Shown: positions 27,776 to 37,476 of the stretch, in pieces | Layout: each line of letters opens with the position of its first letter | Position numbering within the stretch: position 1 is the stretch's first letter | Program-made: the position numbers and the translations under genes | Assembly (NCBI GenBank): GCA_020349945.1 | Contig: CP070704.1 | Coordinates: 2,093,681-2,157,680, forward strand | Length of the DNA stretch: 64,000 nt | From: Deltaproteobacteria bacterium | Lineage (GTDB): Bacteria; Desulfobacterota; DSM-4660; Desulfatiglandales; B25-G16 | Reading direction: 5' to 3' | Notes under the pieces: model-generated | The model's database searches: none | The model's input: the letters and a program-made list of their open reading frames with translations, nothing else | Told to the model about the DNA's origin: nothing

Positions 27776-28112
27776 ATTAACTGTCTGCCAGCAACCACTA
27801 TAATACAGCCTCAAATGGGTATCAGACTGAACCCTGCCACCCAAAATATTCAATTCTCAGCAATATGTCGTGGCTTGCCAAAGAAAGATATGCCATATTT
27901 GGAGAAGAAGTCCACAAATGACCTTATAGAGTTAAAGAGGCATATTTTGTTATTCGCGGAGAGATTCTGAGCAAAGCCCATAAATATCTACCAGTTAAGA
28001 GTCTTGGCTCTAGGAGGAAACTGCTTGATAAATTTTCATCTTCGGACTATTTTCCGAGATAGTGAGATTTTCTCAGAATTGAATCCTTCAATCTTGTTTA
28101 AGGGGAGAGACA

Positions 28113-31100
28113 ATGCCCAAACGTACCGATATCCATAAGGTTATGATTATCGGTTCTGGCCCTATTATCATTGGCCAGGCCTGTGAGTTTGATTACTCCG
28201 GTACCCAGGCCTGCAAGGCCCTTCGTTCACTCGGTTATGAGATCGTTTTGGTCAATTCCAACCCAGCAACCATCATGACCGATCCTGGTATGGCCGATGC
28301 TACCTACATCGAGCCACTCAATGTAGAGACCATGGAGAAGATTATCATAAAGGAGCGGCCAGACGCGCTCTTACCCAACCTCGGGGGTCAATCAGGGCTT
28401 AATCTCTCCTCAGAGTTGGCCAGAAGGGGGGTCCTTGAAAAATATGGCGTAACGATCATCGGCGTCGCAGTAGACGCCATCGAACGCGGCGAGGACCGCA
28501 TTGAGTTCAAGACCACCATGGAGAGGTTGGGCATAGAGATGCCCAAAAGTGCGCCGGCCTTTAGCGTTGAAGAGGCAGAAAAAATTGCTCAAGGCCTTGG
28601 CTACCCAGTGGTCATCAGGCCTGCCTATACCATGGGCGGCACAGGCGGTGGCCTGGTTTACAACGTTGAAGAGCTCAGAACCGTGGCAAGCCGTGGCCTC
28701 TCTGCCAGTCTCATCGGCCAGATCCTGGTGGAGGAATCCGTTCTCGGTTGGGAGGAGCTGGAGCTTGAGGTGGTGCGCGATCAAAAGAACCAGATGATCA
28801 CCGTTTGCTTTATAGAGAACGTTGATGCAATGGGAGTCCACACTGGCGATTCCTACTGCACAGCACCCATGCTTACCATAGCCCCTGAATTGCAGGTGAG
28901 GATGCAAGACTACTCGTATAAGATTGTAGAGGCAATCCAGGTGATAGGGGGCACCAACATCCAGTTTGCCCACGATCCAGACTCAGGCCGTCTTGTTGTC
29001 ATTGAGATTAACCCACGGACCTCACGTTCTTCAGCCCTTGCATCCAAGGCTACGGGTTTCCCAATCGCCCGCATCTCCACCTTGTTAGCAGCTGGCATGA
29101 CACTGGATGAGATGCCCTATTGGCGCGGTGGAACCCTGGATAAATATACGCCTTCGGGGGATTACGTTGTAGTGAAGTTTGCCAGGTGGGGCTTTGAGAA
29201 ATTTGAGGGCGCAGAAGACAGGCTCGGTACCCAGATGAGAGCTGTTGGCGAGGTTATGAGCATCGGAAAAACATATAAAGAGGCCCTCCAGAAGGCAATC
29301 CGTTCGCTTGAGAATAACCGCTATGGGCTCGGATTTGCCAAGGATTTTCATGAAAGACCCCTTGAGAAACTCATGGATCTGTTGACTGAAGCCTCAAGCG
29401 AGCGGCAATTCATCATGTATGAAGCGCTCAGGAAGGGCGCGCCTGTACGTGAACTCCACAACAAAACCTATATAAAACCCTGGTTTATCCAGCAGATGAA
29501 AGAACTCGTTGAACTTGAGGAAAAGATCCTCGCCTTCAAGGGAAAGGGGCTTCCCGATGATCTGTTAACCCAGGCCAAGAGGGACGGGTTTGCGGACCGC
29601 TACCTGGCACAGATCCTTGATATCCCAGAAAGGGATATCAGGAACAAGCGCACCTCTCTTGGTGTAGTGGAGGGATGGGAACCCGTGCCGGTCAGTGGTG
29701 TGGAAAATGCAGCATACTATTTCTCAACATACAATGCACCAGACAAGGTTCAAAGAGAAGGTGGTCGGCAGATTATGATTTTAGGCGGCGGCCCTAACAG
29801 GATTGGCCAGGGGATAGAATTTGACTACACATGCGTTCATGCGGCCTTTGCCTTACGTGACCTCGGTTTCAAATCAATCATGGTTAATTGTAATCCCGAA
29901 ACGGTCTCAACCGACTACGATACATCTGACCGACTGTATTTTGAGCCCCTAACAGTCGAGGATGTATTGAGCATATACGAAAAAGAACAACCAGAGGGGG
30001 TGATTGTCCAGTTTGGAGGGCAGACACCGCTCAACATCGCGAATGAGCTGGCAGCGGCTGGTGTCAGGATAATCGGGACATCGCCGAAGAGTATTGACCT
30101 GGCAGAGGACAGAGATCATTTCAGAATGATGATGGCCAAACTTGGCATTCCTGAGCCAGAGTCCGGAATGGCCAGCACCCTGGAGGAGGCACTGGCTATT
30201 GCAGAAAAGATCGGATATCCCCTCATGGTTAGGCCATCTTATGTGCTTGGCGGAAGAGGGATGGAGGTTGTCTATGATGAGGAGATGCTCAGGCATTATG
30301 TGGCAGCCGCTGTTGATGTTACACCTGAAAGACCTATTCTCATTGATAAGTTTCTGGAAAACGCTATTGAGGCAGAGGCTGATGCCTTGGCGGATGGCAG
30401 ACAGGCCTTCGTGCCTTCTATTATGGAACATATAGAACTCGCCGGTGTACATTCGGGGGACTCAGCCTGCATCATTCCGCCTATCAGCATCCCGGCCAAG
30501 CACATGAATACCATCAACGAGTATACCAAAAAGATAGCAGTAGAGCTCAATGTAGTTGGCCTATTAAACATTCAATATGCCATTGCCCACGATACTGTTT
30601 ACGTCCTTGAGGCAAACCCCCGCGCATCGAGAACTGTTCCGCTTGTCTCCAAGGTCTGCAATGTATCCATGGCCCGACTGGCAACCGAAATCATGCTCGG
30701 CAGGGCGATTGCTGATCTTAACCTTAAGCAGAGAGCTATTCCCCACTTCGGCGTTAAGGAGGCGGTCTTTCCCTTTAACATGTTCCCTGAGGTTGATCCT
30801 CTCTTAGGCCCTGAAATGCGGTCGACCGGGGAGGTGCTCGGGCTTGCCAAAAGCCCTGGGCTAGCATTCTTTAAGGCTGAAGAGGCCACTCAACAGCGAC
30901 TTCCTACTGAAGGAGTTGTTTTGATTACTGTATTAGAAAAAGATAGATCCGCCATTCCAGAAATTGCCAAACAATTCAAGAAGCTTGGCTTTAAGATTAA
31001 GGCCACTGACGGCACCCATAAATTCCTGGCCGAACACGGGATCGAATCGGAACATATACTAAAATTACACGAGGGGAGACCAAACATTGTAGATGCCATA

Positions 31101-31349
31101 AAAAACCGCGAGATCCACTTGGTTATCAACACGCCAAGTGGTAAATTAAGCAAGTACGACGATTCATATATCCGCAAGTCTGCCGTCAAGTACAAGGTCC
31201 CGTATATCACCACCCCTGCAGCAGCCTTGGCCGCTGTCAGGGGTATTGATGCTTACCGGAGCGATCATGGGCATGTCAAATCGCTTCAAAGCTACCATCG
31301 GGATATCGATAGTTCCCAAGGAGGAAAAACCAGTGAAATCAATAGGTGA
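28113..31349 (+). CDS. carB: Carbamoyl-phosphate synthase large subunit
   Basis: 1078 aa with two ATP-grasp halves, each opening with a GSGPxxIGQ/GGGPNRIGQ...EFDY motif, and an MGS-like C-terminus. GGGGAG RBS. Confidence 0.97.
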   Translation: MPKRTDIHKVMIIGSGPIIIGQACEFDYSGTQACKALRSLGYEIVLVNSNPATIMTDPGMADATYIEPLNVETMEKIIIKERPDALLPNLGGQSGLNLSSELARRGVLEKYGVTIIGVAVDAIERGEDRIEFKTTMERLGIEMPKSAPAFSVEEAEKIAQGLGYPVVIRPAYTMGGTGGGLVYNVEELRTVASRGLSASLIGQILVEESVLGWEELELEVVRDQKNQMITVCFIENVDAMGVHTGDSYCTAPMLTIAPELQVRMQDYSYKIVEAIQVIGGTNIQFAHDPDSGRLVVIEINPRTSRSSALASKATGFPIARISTLLAAGMTLDEMPYWRGGTLDKYTPSGDYVVVKFARWGFEKFEGAEDRLGTQMRAVGEVMSIGKTYKEALQKAIRSLENNRYGLGFAKDFHERPLEKLMDLLTEASSERQFIMYEALRKGAPVRELHNKTYIKPWFIQQMKELVELEEKILAFKGKGLPDDLLTQAKRDGFADRYLAQILDIPERDIRNKRTSLGVVEGWEPVPVSGVENAAYYFSTYNAPDKVQREGGRQIMILGGGPNRIGQGIEFDYTCVHAAFALRDLGFKSIMVNCNPETVSTDYDTSDRLYFEPLTVEDVLSIYEKEQPEGVIVQFGGQTPLNIANELAAAGVRIIGTSPKSIDLAEDRDHFRMMMAKLGIPEPESGMASTLEEALAIAEKIGYPLMVRPSYVLGGRGMEVVYDEEMLRHYVAAAVDVTPERPILIDKFLENAIEAEADALADGRQAFVPSIMEHIELAGVHSGDSACIIPPISIPAKHMNTINEYTKKIAVELNVVGLLNIQYAIAHDTVYVLEANPRASRTVPLVSKVCNVSMARLATEIMLGRAIADLNLKQRAIPHFGVKEAVFPFNMFPEVDPLLGPEMRSTGEVLGLAKSPGLAFFKAEEATQQRLPTEGVVLITVLEKDRSAIPEIAKQFKKLGFKIKATDGTHKFLAEHGIESEHILKLHEGRPNIVDAIKNREIHLVINTPSGKLSKYDDSYIRKSAVKYKVPYITTPAAALAAVRGIDAYRSDHGHVKSLQSYHRDIDSSQGGKTSEINR

Positions 31350-32718
31350 TAATTGCGGTGTATTCGGCATTGTAAAGGATACAGACTGTGCTGAGGATAT
31401 CTACAGAGGCCTTGACTTCCTTCAACACAGAGGCCAGCAGTTCTGTGGCATTGCTACGTATGATGGAAAAAGAATATACCTGATTACCCATTATGGTCAG
31501 GTAGGGAATACCTTTATCCCTCGTGAGTTAGAGACCTTTAAAGGTAACATAGGAATAGGGCACGTAAGCCTTAAGGAAAGACAGCCCATGATGTGGCAGG
31601 GGGCCGTTGGTGAGATAGCGGTTGCCTTTAGCGGTAATATCATAAATAACGATGCCCTCCTAACAGAGATGAAGGATAAGGGAGAGGCATTTTATCATGG
31701 CCTGGATATTGAAATCGTCTCCAAGCTCATTATGAAGGAAAAGGATATAGTCTCTGGAATTTCTGCACTGGCTGAAAAGATAAGAGGTTCCTACTCGCTT
31801 GTTGTCCTGGCTCAAGATGGGATATACGTTGCCAGAGATGTCTATGGATTTAGGCCTCTCATCCTGGGAGAGGGGCCAGGAATCTATCTTGTTAGCTCTG
31901 AGTCGAGAGCTGCCCAGAATATGGGGATAGATCGCCTTAGAGACGTGAGGCCAGGGGAGATTGTTCTTATCACTCAAAAGGGATTCGAGACCAAGAAACA
32001 ATTAAGAAGTCCCAGAAGAGCCCACTGTGCCTTTGAATGGGCTTACGCAGCAAGCATGGATAGCAAGATTGACGGACTCTATGTTCAAGAGGCCAGAAAC
32101 AACTTAGGAATGAGTTTGGCCCGGAGAGATATTGAAGAAGGCGACATTCAGGCCGATCTCGTGGCACCGGTACCACTGTCAGGTATCGGACATGCCCTAG
32201 GGTATCACATGACATCCGGATTACCCTATCAAGAGGTCTTTCTCTATAACAGATATGCTGATCGAAGCTATACCCAGCTAACCCAGGAAGATCGGGATAG
32301 GATGGCCAAGAAGAAGCTCTCCGTCCTGAAATACGCGATTAAGGATAAGAGGATTGTCCTTTGTGATGACTCCATTGTCAGGGGTACCCAGATCAGAGAG
32401 AAGGTCAGAGAATTGAAGAATGCTGGGGCCAAAGAGGTTCATGTGCGCAGTGCCTGTCCGCCATTGATGTATCCCTGTGATTTTGGCATATCAACCAGGA
32501 CTTATGAAGAGCTTTTAGCTAGAAAATATATCCCCACCGGTAATATCACCACGTCGGATGAACTCAAGGCCCTGGAGAGCTGGGTTTCTGAAAAGATCGG
32601 CGCCGATTCTGTACGCTATAACAGCCTGGAAGCGTTTGTTGAGGCATTGAAGATCCCCAGGGAGAGCTTATGCCTAAAATGCTTTGATGGAAAGTCACCA
32701 ATGGAATTGCCAGAGTAA
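31333..32718 (+). CDS. purF: Amidophosphoribosyltransferase
   Basis: CGVFGI Ntn nucleophile and VLCDDSIVRGTQ PRTase motif. Start set at GTG 31333 (GGAGG 8 nt upstream), giving a 7-residue propeptide before Cys. The track start 31246 would overlap carB by 104 nt. Confidence 0.9.
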   Translation: MKSIGDNCGVFGIVKDTDCAEDIYRGLDFLQHRGQQFCGIATYDGKRIYLITHYGQVGNTFIPRELETFKGNIGIGHVSLKERQPMMWQGAVGEIAVAFSGNIINNDALLTEMKDKGEAFYHGLDIEIVSKLIMKEKDIVSGISALAEKIRGSYSLVVLAQDGIYVARDVYGFRPLILGEGPGIYLVSSESRAAQNMGIDRLRDVRPGEIVLITQKGFETKKQLRSPRRAHCAFEWAYAASMDSKIDGLYVQEARNNLGMSLARRDIEEGDIQADLVAPVPLSGIGHALGYHMTSGLPYQEVFLYNRYADRSYTQLTQEDRDRMAKKKLSVLKYAIKDKRIVLCDDSIVRGTQIREKVRELKNAGAKEVHVRSACPPLMYPCDFGISTRTYEELLARKYIPTGNITTSDELKALESWVSEKIGADSVRYNSLEAFVEALKIPRESLCLKCFDGKSPMELPE

Positions 32719-32739
32719 GAAGGAAAAGGATCTGAAGCA

Positions 32740-34386
32740 ATGAAAATAGCCTTAGCCCAAATTAACCCAACCATCGGGGACTTCGCCCTCAACACGGACA
32801 AGATTATGGCCGCAGCAGAAACGGCTAAAGGTCTATCCTGTGATCTCATTGTTTTTTCAGAATTGGTTATCTCAGGTTATCCGCCTCGAGATCTTCTGGA
32901 AAAGGGCGAGTTCATCGAGGCTAACCTGATGCATCTACAGAGGCTGATCAACTCTGTAAAGGGGATTGGTGTGATATGCGGGTTTGTGGATAGAAATCCA
33001 GGCAAAGAGGGCAACCCTCTGTACAATTCGGCTGTGCTCTTTGATAATGGAAAGATTCTCCATCAGGCGCACAAGAGACTTCTTCCCACTTATGACGTTT
33101 TCGATGAGAGGAGGTATTTTGAGCCCGGAACAGAATACTCGGCTTTTCTTTATAAAGGCTGGCGAATAGGGCTTAGCATCTGTGAGGACATCTGGAATGA
33201 CAAAGCCTTCTTTTCAAGACGGCTCTACCCGGTTGATCCGGCAGAGAGGATGATCAAGGAAGGGGCGAACCTCCTCATCAATATCGCGGCATCCCCCTAC
33301 CATGTGGGCAAGAGAGAATTTAAGTGGGATATGCTCAGGGATATAGCCAAGAAGTACAAGGTTCCCCTCATCTACGTCAATCAAGTTGGAGGCAATGACA
33401 GTGTGCTTTTTGATGGCATCAGCCTCGCCTTTGATTCAGAAGCGAGGATGGCCGCGAGGGCCCGAGACTTTGAAGAGGACACGGTTGTTTTCGATACTCA
33501 CGGCCAAAAAGGTGATCTCCATCTAGTTTCCCGGACTGATACCGAGTCGCTCCTCAATGCGCTGATAATGGGTACCAGGGATTATGTTCGCAAATGCGGG
33601 TTTTCCAAGGCAGTTGTGGGAGTAAGCGGCGGCATTGATTCAGCTCTTACCGCCTGTATTGCTGTCCGCGCCCTTGGAAAAGAAAACGTTACAGCAATCT
33701 TTATGCCTTCCCAGTATACCCATAAGGAGAATTTTGAAGATACCCAAGAGCTGGCAGCGAATTTGGGGATCAAGCTTTTTCAGCTGCCCATTGAAGGGAT
33801 ATTCAATAACTTTCTTCAAGAGCTATCTCCCCTCTTTAAAGACGTGGCAACGGAAGTGACAGGGCAGAATATCCAGGCAAGGATCCGGCAAATCATCCTC
33901 ATGGCCCTTAGCAACAAGTTTGGTTACCTGCTTTTTTCTACCGGCAATAAATCAGAGCTGGCGGTAGGTTATTGTACCCTGTACGGCGACATGGGCGGTG
34001 GGCTGGCCGTTATCTCTGACGTCCCAAAGACCATGGTCTACCGAATCGCCCATCTGATCAATAAGAAAAAAGAGGTGATTCCCGAAAGAATTATTCAAAA
34101 ATCCCCATCGGCTGAGCTCAAGCCTGGCCAATTGGACAACGATGACTTGCCCCCATATGAGGTCTTAGACGATATACTGAAGGCATATATCGAAGACAAT
34201 AAGGCAGCAGAGGAGATTATAGGAATGGGCTTTGAGCCATCGATCGTCAAGGATATCGTCAGGCGGGTTGATCGTAACGAATATAAGAGACATCAGGCCC
34301 CTCCAGGGTTAAAGGTTACCACAAAGTCCTTTAGTTACGGCAGAAGGTACCCCATAGCACAAAGGTATCTACCAATACCAGCATGA
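32740..34386 (+). CDS. nadE: Glutamine-dependent NAD+ synthetase (CN-hydrolase + NAD synthetase domains)
   Basis: 548 aa with an N-terminal nitrilase-like domain (ICEDIW) and a C-terminal PP-loop (GVSGGIDSAL). Confidence 0.95.
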   Translation: MKIALAQINPTIGDFALNTDKIMAAAETAKGLSCDLIVFSELVISGYPPRDLLEKGEFIEANLMHLQRLINSVKGIGVICGFVDRNPGKEGNPLYNSAVLFDNGKILHQAHKRLLPTYDVFDERRYFEPGTEYSAFLYKGWRIGLSICEDIWNDKAFFSRRLYPVDPAERMIKEGANLLINIAASPYHVGKREFKWDMLRDIAKKYKVPLIYVNQVGGNDSVLFDGISLAFDSEARMAARARDFEEDTVVFDTHGQKGDLHLVSRTDTESLLNALIMGTRDYVRKCGFSKAVVGVSGGIDSALTACIAVRALGKENVTAIFMPSQYTHKENFEDTQELAANLGIKLFQLPIEGIFNNFLQELSPLFKDVATEVTGQNIQARIRQIILMALSNKFGYLLFSTGNKSELAVGYCTLYGDMGGGLAVISDVPKTMVYRIAHLINKKKEVIPERIIQKSPSAELKPGQLDNDDLPPYEVLDDILKAYIEDNKAAEEIIGMGFEPSIVKDIVRRVDRNEYKRHQAPPGLKVTTKSFSYGRRYPIAQRYLPIPA

Positions 34387-34398
34387 CATAGTGATCCT

Positions 34399-34689
34399 TT
34401 GCCCCTCTTCCAACACCCTGTCATCTTTTACACAAACTCTTGTTTCGTAGTCAAGGAAGACCTCCTTGCCATAAATGGGGCGCAGCGGGGCTATGATTTG
34501 GAATTATCATGCCTCCTATCTGAAGGCATACATATTCACATTATAGCATCAGGTGGTGCAGGTAATATTGACCGTGTTTATGCTGTGCTTCCAAAGGGTA
34601 AGGCAGATGCAGCCCTTATCGCCTCTATCGTCAACTATGAGGCCTATACTACCAAACAAATCAAGAAGGAACTGCACGCCGTGCGGTGA
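34399..34689 (+). pseudogene. hisF: Imidazole glycerol phosphate synthase cyclase subunit, 3'-terminal remnant
   Basis: ...AINGAQRGYDLELSCLLSEGIHIHIIASGGAGNIDRVYAVLPKGKADAALIASIVNYEAYTTKQIKKEL aligns with the last ~85 residues of HisF (IIASGGAG...GADAALAAS). The N-terminal two thirds are missing. Only a TTG start, 12 nt after the nadE stop. Confidence 0.75.
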
Positions 34690-34901
34690 AGGTAAGGCCG
34701 ACGCGGTAAGCAGGATGAATGTATCAAAATTAGGACACCGGAAAGGGCCAGAAAGGCCATCGGATAAAAGAGCTTTACCAGAAAGACGCTATTGTGTTAG
34801 GTATATATGCAGCTATGACATGGGGATCGACATCCTTACCGCTCAACTGGTAAGGGCGACTGAGAGACCTTAAAAAGGCTTTATTTAACGTGGAGGGACG
34901 T

Positions 34902-36230
34902 ATGCTTTGGAAGACAAAAGAAGATGTCCTTAAGATAGTGAAAGAGAGGAATGTCAGCTTTATCCAGTTCTGGTTTACGGATGTTTTAGGGATTTTGAAG
35001 AGCTTTGCGATCACCCCATCCGAACTGGAAGAAGGATTGGAAGAGGGAATGGGCTTCGATGGCTCTTCTATCGAGGGGTTCGCCAGGATTGAGGAGAGCG
35101 ATATGATAGCTATGCCCGATCCAAGCTCCTTTCAGTTTCTTCCCTGGAGGCCCCAGGATAGGCCGGTGGCAAGGATGGTTTGCGATATCCTTCGGCCTGA
35201 CGGAACCCATTACGAAGGCGACTCGAGATATGTGCTAAAGAGAATGACAGGAAAGCTAGCCGAAAGAGGATATAAGGCCTACATGGGACCTGAGCTTGAG
35301 TTTTTCTGTTTTGAGAGTCAGGATGGCCCGAAACTTATCGATAAAGGTGGATATTTTGATAACAGACCCCTGGATCAAGGCAGTGACTTGAGAAGAGAAA
35401 TCATCTTTGCCCTCCAGGATATGGGCATCCGGGTAGAGTACAGCCACCATGAGGTCGCCCCCAGTCAGCACGAAATCGACCTCAGATTTGATGAGGCTCT
35501 GGCCATGGCTGACAAGACCATGACCTACAGAATAACTGTCAAGGAGACAGCCCTGAGAAAGGGCTACTATGCCACTTTCATGCCGAAGCCCATCTTTGGT
35601 CAGAATGGGAACGGTATGCATGTGCACCAGTCTCTATTTAAGGGCGATACAAATGCCTTTTACGATTCCCAAGACGAACACCATCTATCGCACAAGGCGA
35701 AGTCCTACATTGCTGGTATTATGAGGCATGCGAGAGCAATTGCCGCGGTAACCAACCAGTGGGTGAACTCTTACAAAAGGTTGGTCCCCGGCTATGAGGC
35801 CCCTGTCTACATTTCCTGGGCCAGGCGCAACCGCTCTGCCATGATCCGAGTGCCCATGTATAAACCTGGCAAGGAGCAGGCCACCAGGATTGAATTCAGG
35901 TCTCCTGATCCAGCCTGCAATCCGTATCTGGCATTCGCAGTTATGCTGGCAGCTGGGTTAGAGGGGATCGAGGGGAACTATCCGCTCCCAGAGCCGGTAG
36001 AGGAAGATATCTATGAGATGGATGAAGTAGCGAGGGAACGGGCTGGGATTGAGTCTTTACCAGGAAATCTATTTGAGGCGATTCAGGAGGTGGAAAACAG
36101 TGAGCTGGTACGCGAGACCCTGGGTGATCACATCTTTAATAAGTTCATAGCCAATAAAAAGATCGAATGGGATAGGTATCGCACCCATGTGAGCCAGTAC
36201 GAGATAGAAAAATACCTGCCAATACTGTAA
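34902..36230 (+). CDS. glnA: Glutamine synthetase (type I, ~440-aa form)
   Basis: FIQFWFTDVLG, GFDGSSIEGF, KPIFGQNGNGMHVHQSL and NRSAMIRVP motifs. ATG 34902 has GGAGG 5 nt upstream. Confidence 0.95.
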   Translation: MLWKTKEDVLKIVKERNVSFIQFWFTDVLGILKSFAITPSELEEGLEEGMGFDGSSIEGFARIEESDMIAMPDPSSFQFLPWRPQDRPVARMVCDILRPDGTHYEGDSRYVLKRMTGKLAERGYKAYMGPELEFFCFESQDGPKLIDKGGYFDNRPLDQGSDLRREIIFALQDMGIRVEYSHHEVAPSQHEIDLRFDEALAMADKTMTYRITVKETALRKGYYATFMPKPIFGQNGNGMHVHQSLFKGDTNAFYDSQDEHHLSHKAKSYIAGIMRHARAIAAVTNQWVNSYKRLVPGYEAPVYISWARRNRSAMIRVPMYKPGKEQATRIEFRSPDPACNPYLAFAVMLAAGLEGIEGNYPLPEPVEEDIYEMDEVARERAGIESLPGNLFEAIQEVENSELVRETLGDHIFNKFIANKKIEWDRYRTHVSQYEIEKYLPIL

Positions 36231-36240
36231 GGAGAAAAAC

Positions 36241-37476
36241 ATGAAAGATGAAGGCATAACAGGGATTGGCGATGCCCTTTTTGGTTTTCAGGCGGCACTC
36301 AAGGAGGGTGGATCGAGCCTTCAGGAATATATGGAAAAATATTACTATCGAAAGTGGATGGGCGATACCCTCCTTGCTGCCATATCCATAAGGGCCACTT
36401 TTGTTACAGCCATGCACCAATTCCTGACTGATGAGGGTCTCTGCAATATCGAAAGGGTACAACTGAGCCCGGTTACGGACCCACTAGCCCATGATGTAGA
36501 ACATGTTCCATCTATATCCTATAAAGGCCTTCACTATGTCCTGACGCACAGCATGATCTATTCCAAGTTTCTGGCCTGCCATCACCCGAAGATAAAGGGT
36601 ATATTCGTTGACTCTCCTAATATCAGGCTCGAGGTTGAGAGCCCTGATAGAATCCAGAGGGGAAAGTATATCATCGACTTCAGCCAGATGGATATAGAGG
36701 TAAGGAGAAATCGGGGAATTGATCTTGAGTCCTATCTCCACAAGCCAGATCAGATAAAAGAGATCCTCAGGGAGGATATGGACAGCGCCAAAGAATTCTT
36801 TGAGAGGATGCTAATCCACAGCATGGCCAAGGTAGTGGAAAAGAATGAAGATGAGTTAAAGGAGCTCAGAGTTACCATAGAAATCCCAAAGCAGCCATTT
36901 CCTACCTTCGCCTACGATCGCTCGAAAAAAGAGTATGGGCCCAAAGCCTATGAAACAGGGATAGGAAAGGAGACTGCATCACAGTTTTTCTGGATTACCG
37001 GCATCCCAAGGGAAAACTATGACCTTATATACCCCTACCTGAAACCCGACGGAAAGATAACATTGGGTGAGGTGACCTCTGACATGGTATATAATTACGA
37101 CATCTGCGCCAAAGGTATTAATCGAGACACCGGTAAGCAGTCTGAGGCTAGGGAGCTTCTTTCCGGGGCCATAAGAGAATGGCTCTATGAACCAATCGTA
37201 GAAAGGCTCCTGGATAATAAGGTCATCCCCGTCAGGCCTATCATAGCAGATGGGAATATCGAAAACATCAATCAGCTCGATGGATACGGACCATTTCTAT
37301 TAGCAGCGAGCATGAAAGATGATACAGGAAGATCAACCTTCCCGGATACCTATGGCGGGGGTATAGGGATAGAGCGGACACTGTATACGCTCTGTCGCGG
37401 ACCAAAGGTGGAAAAAATCGACGATGTTACCTTTTTTGGGAAAAACCCAGACAGCCACCAGATATATCTGTTTTAA
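36241..37476 (+). CDS. Class II aminoacyl-tRNA-synthetase-like ligase (AsnA / aspartate-ammonia ligase-like)
   Basis: 411 aa with motif-2-like SPNIRLE...IDFSQMDIE and motif-3-like GGGIGIERTLYTL. No anticodon-binding domain is apparent. It starts 10 nt after glnA, with an AGGAG RBS. Confidence 0.7.
   Translation: MKDEGITGIGDALFGFQAALKEGGSSLQEYMEKYYYRKWMGDTLLAAISIRATFVTAMHQFLTDEGLCNIERVQLSPVTDPLAHDVEHVPSISYKGLHYVLTHSMIYSKFLACHHPKIKGIFVDSPNIRLEVESPDRIQRGKYIIDFSQMDIEVRRNRGIDLESYLHKPDQIKEILREDMDSAKEFFERMLIHSMAKVVEKNEDELKELRVTIEIPKQPFPTFAYDRSKKEYGPKAYETGIGKETASQFFWITGIPRENYDLIYPYLKPDGKITLGEVTSDMVYNYDICAKGINRDTGKQSEARELLSGAIREWLYEPIVERLLDNKVIPVRPIIADGNIENINQLDGYGPFLLAASMKDDTGRSTFPDTYGGGIGIERTLYTLCRGPKVEKIDDVTFFGKNPDSHQIYLF

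Noticed and set aside
31246-31332. Track start of purF at 31246, overlapping carB by 104 nt.
   Set aside because: The extension (MMLTGAIMGMSNRF...) has no PurF similarity. GTG 31333, with GGAGG 8 nt upstream, gives a short propeptide before the nucleophile Cys, as in known PurF proteins.
34690-34901. ANTAR module, glutamine riboswitch or sigma-54 promoter in the glnA leader.
   Set aside because: The GGCC-AGAAA-GGCC hairpin has a pentaloop, and there is no second hexaloop hairpin or terminator. TGGAATTATCATGC has the wrong GG-GC spacing for sigma-54. The glutamine-riboswitch core is absent.
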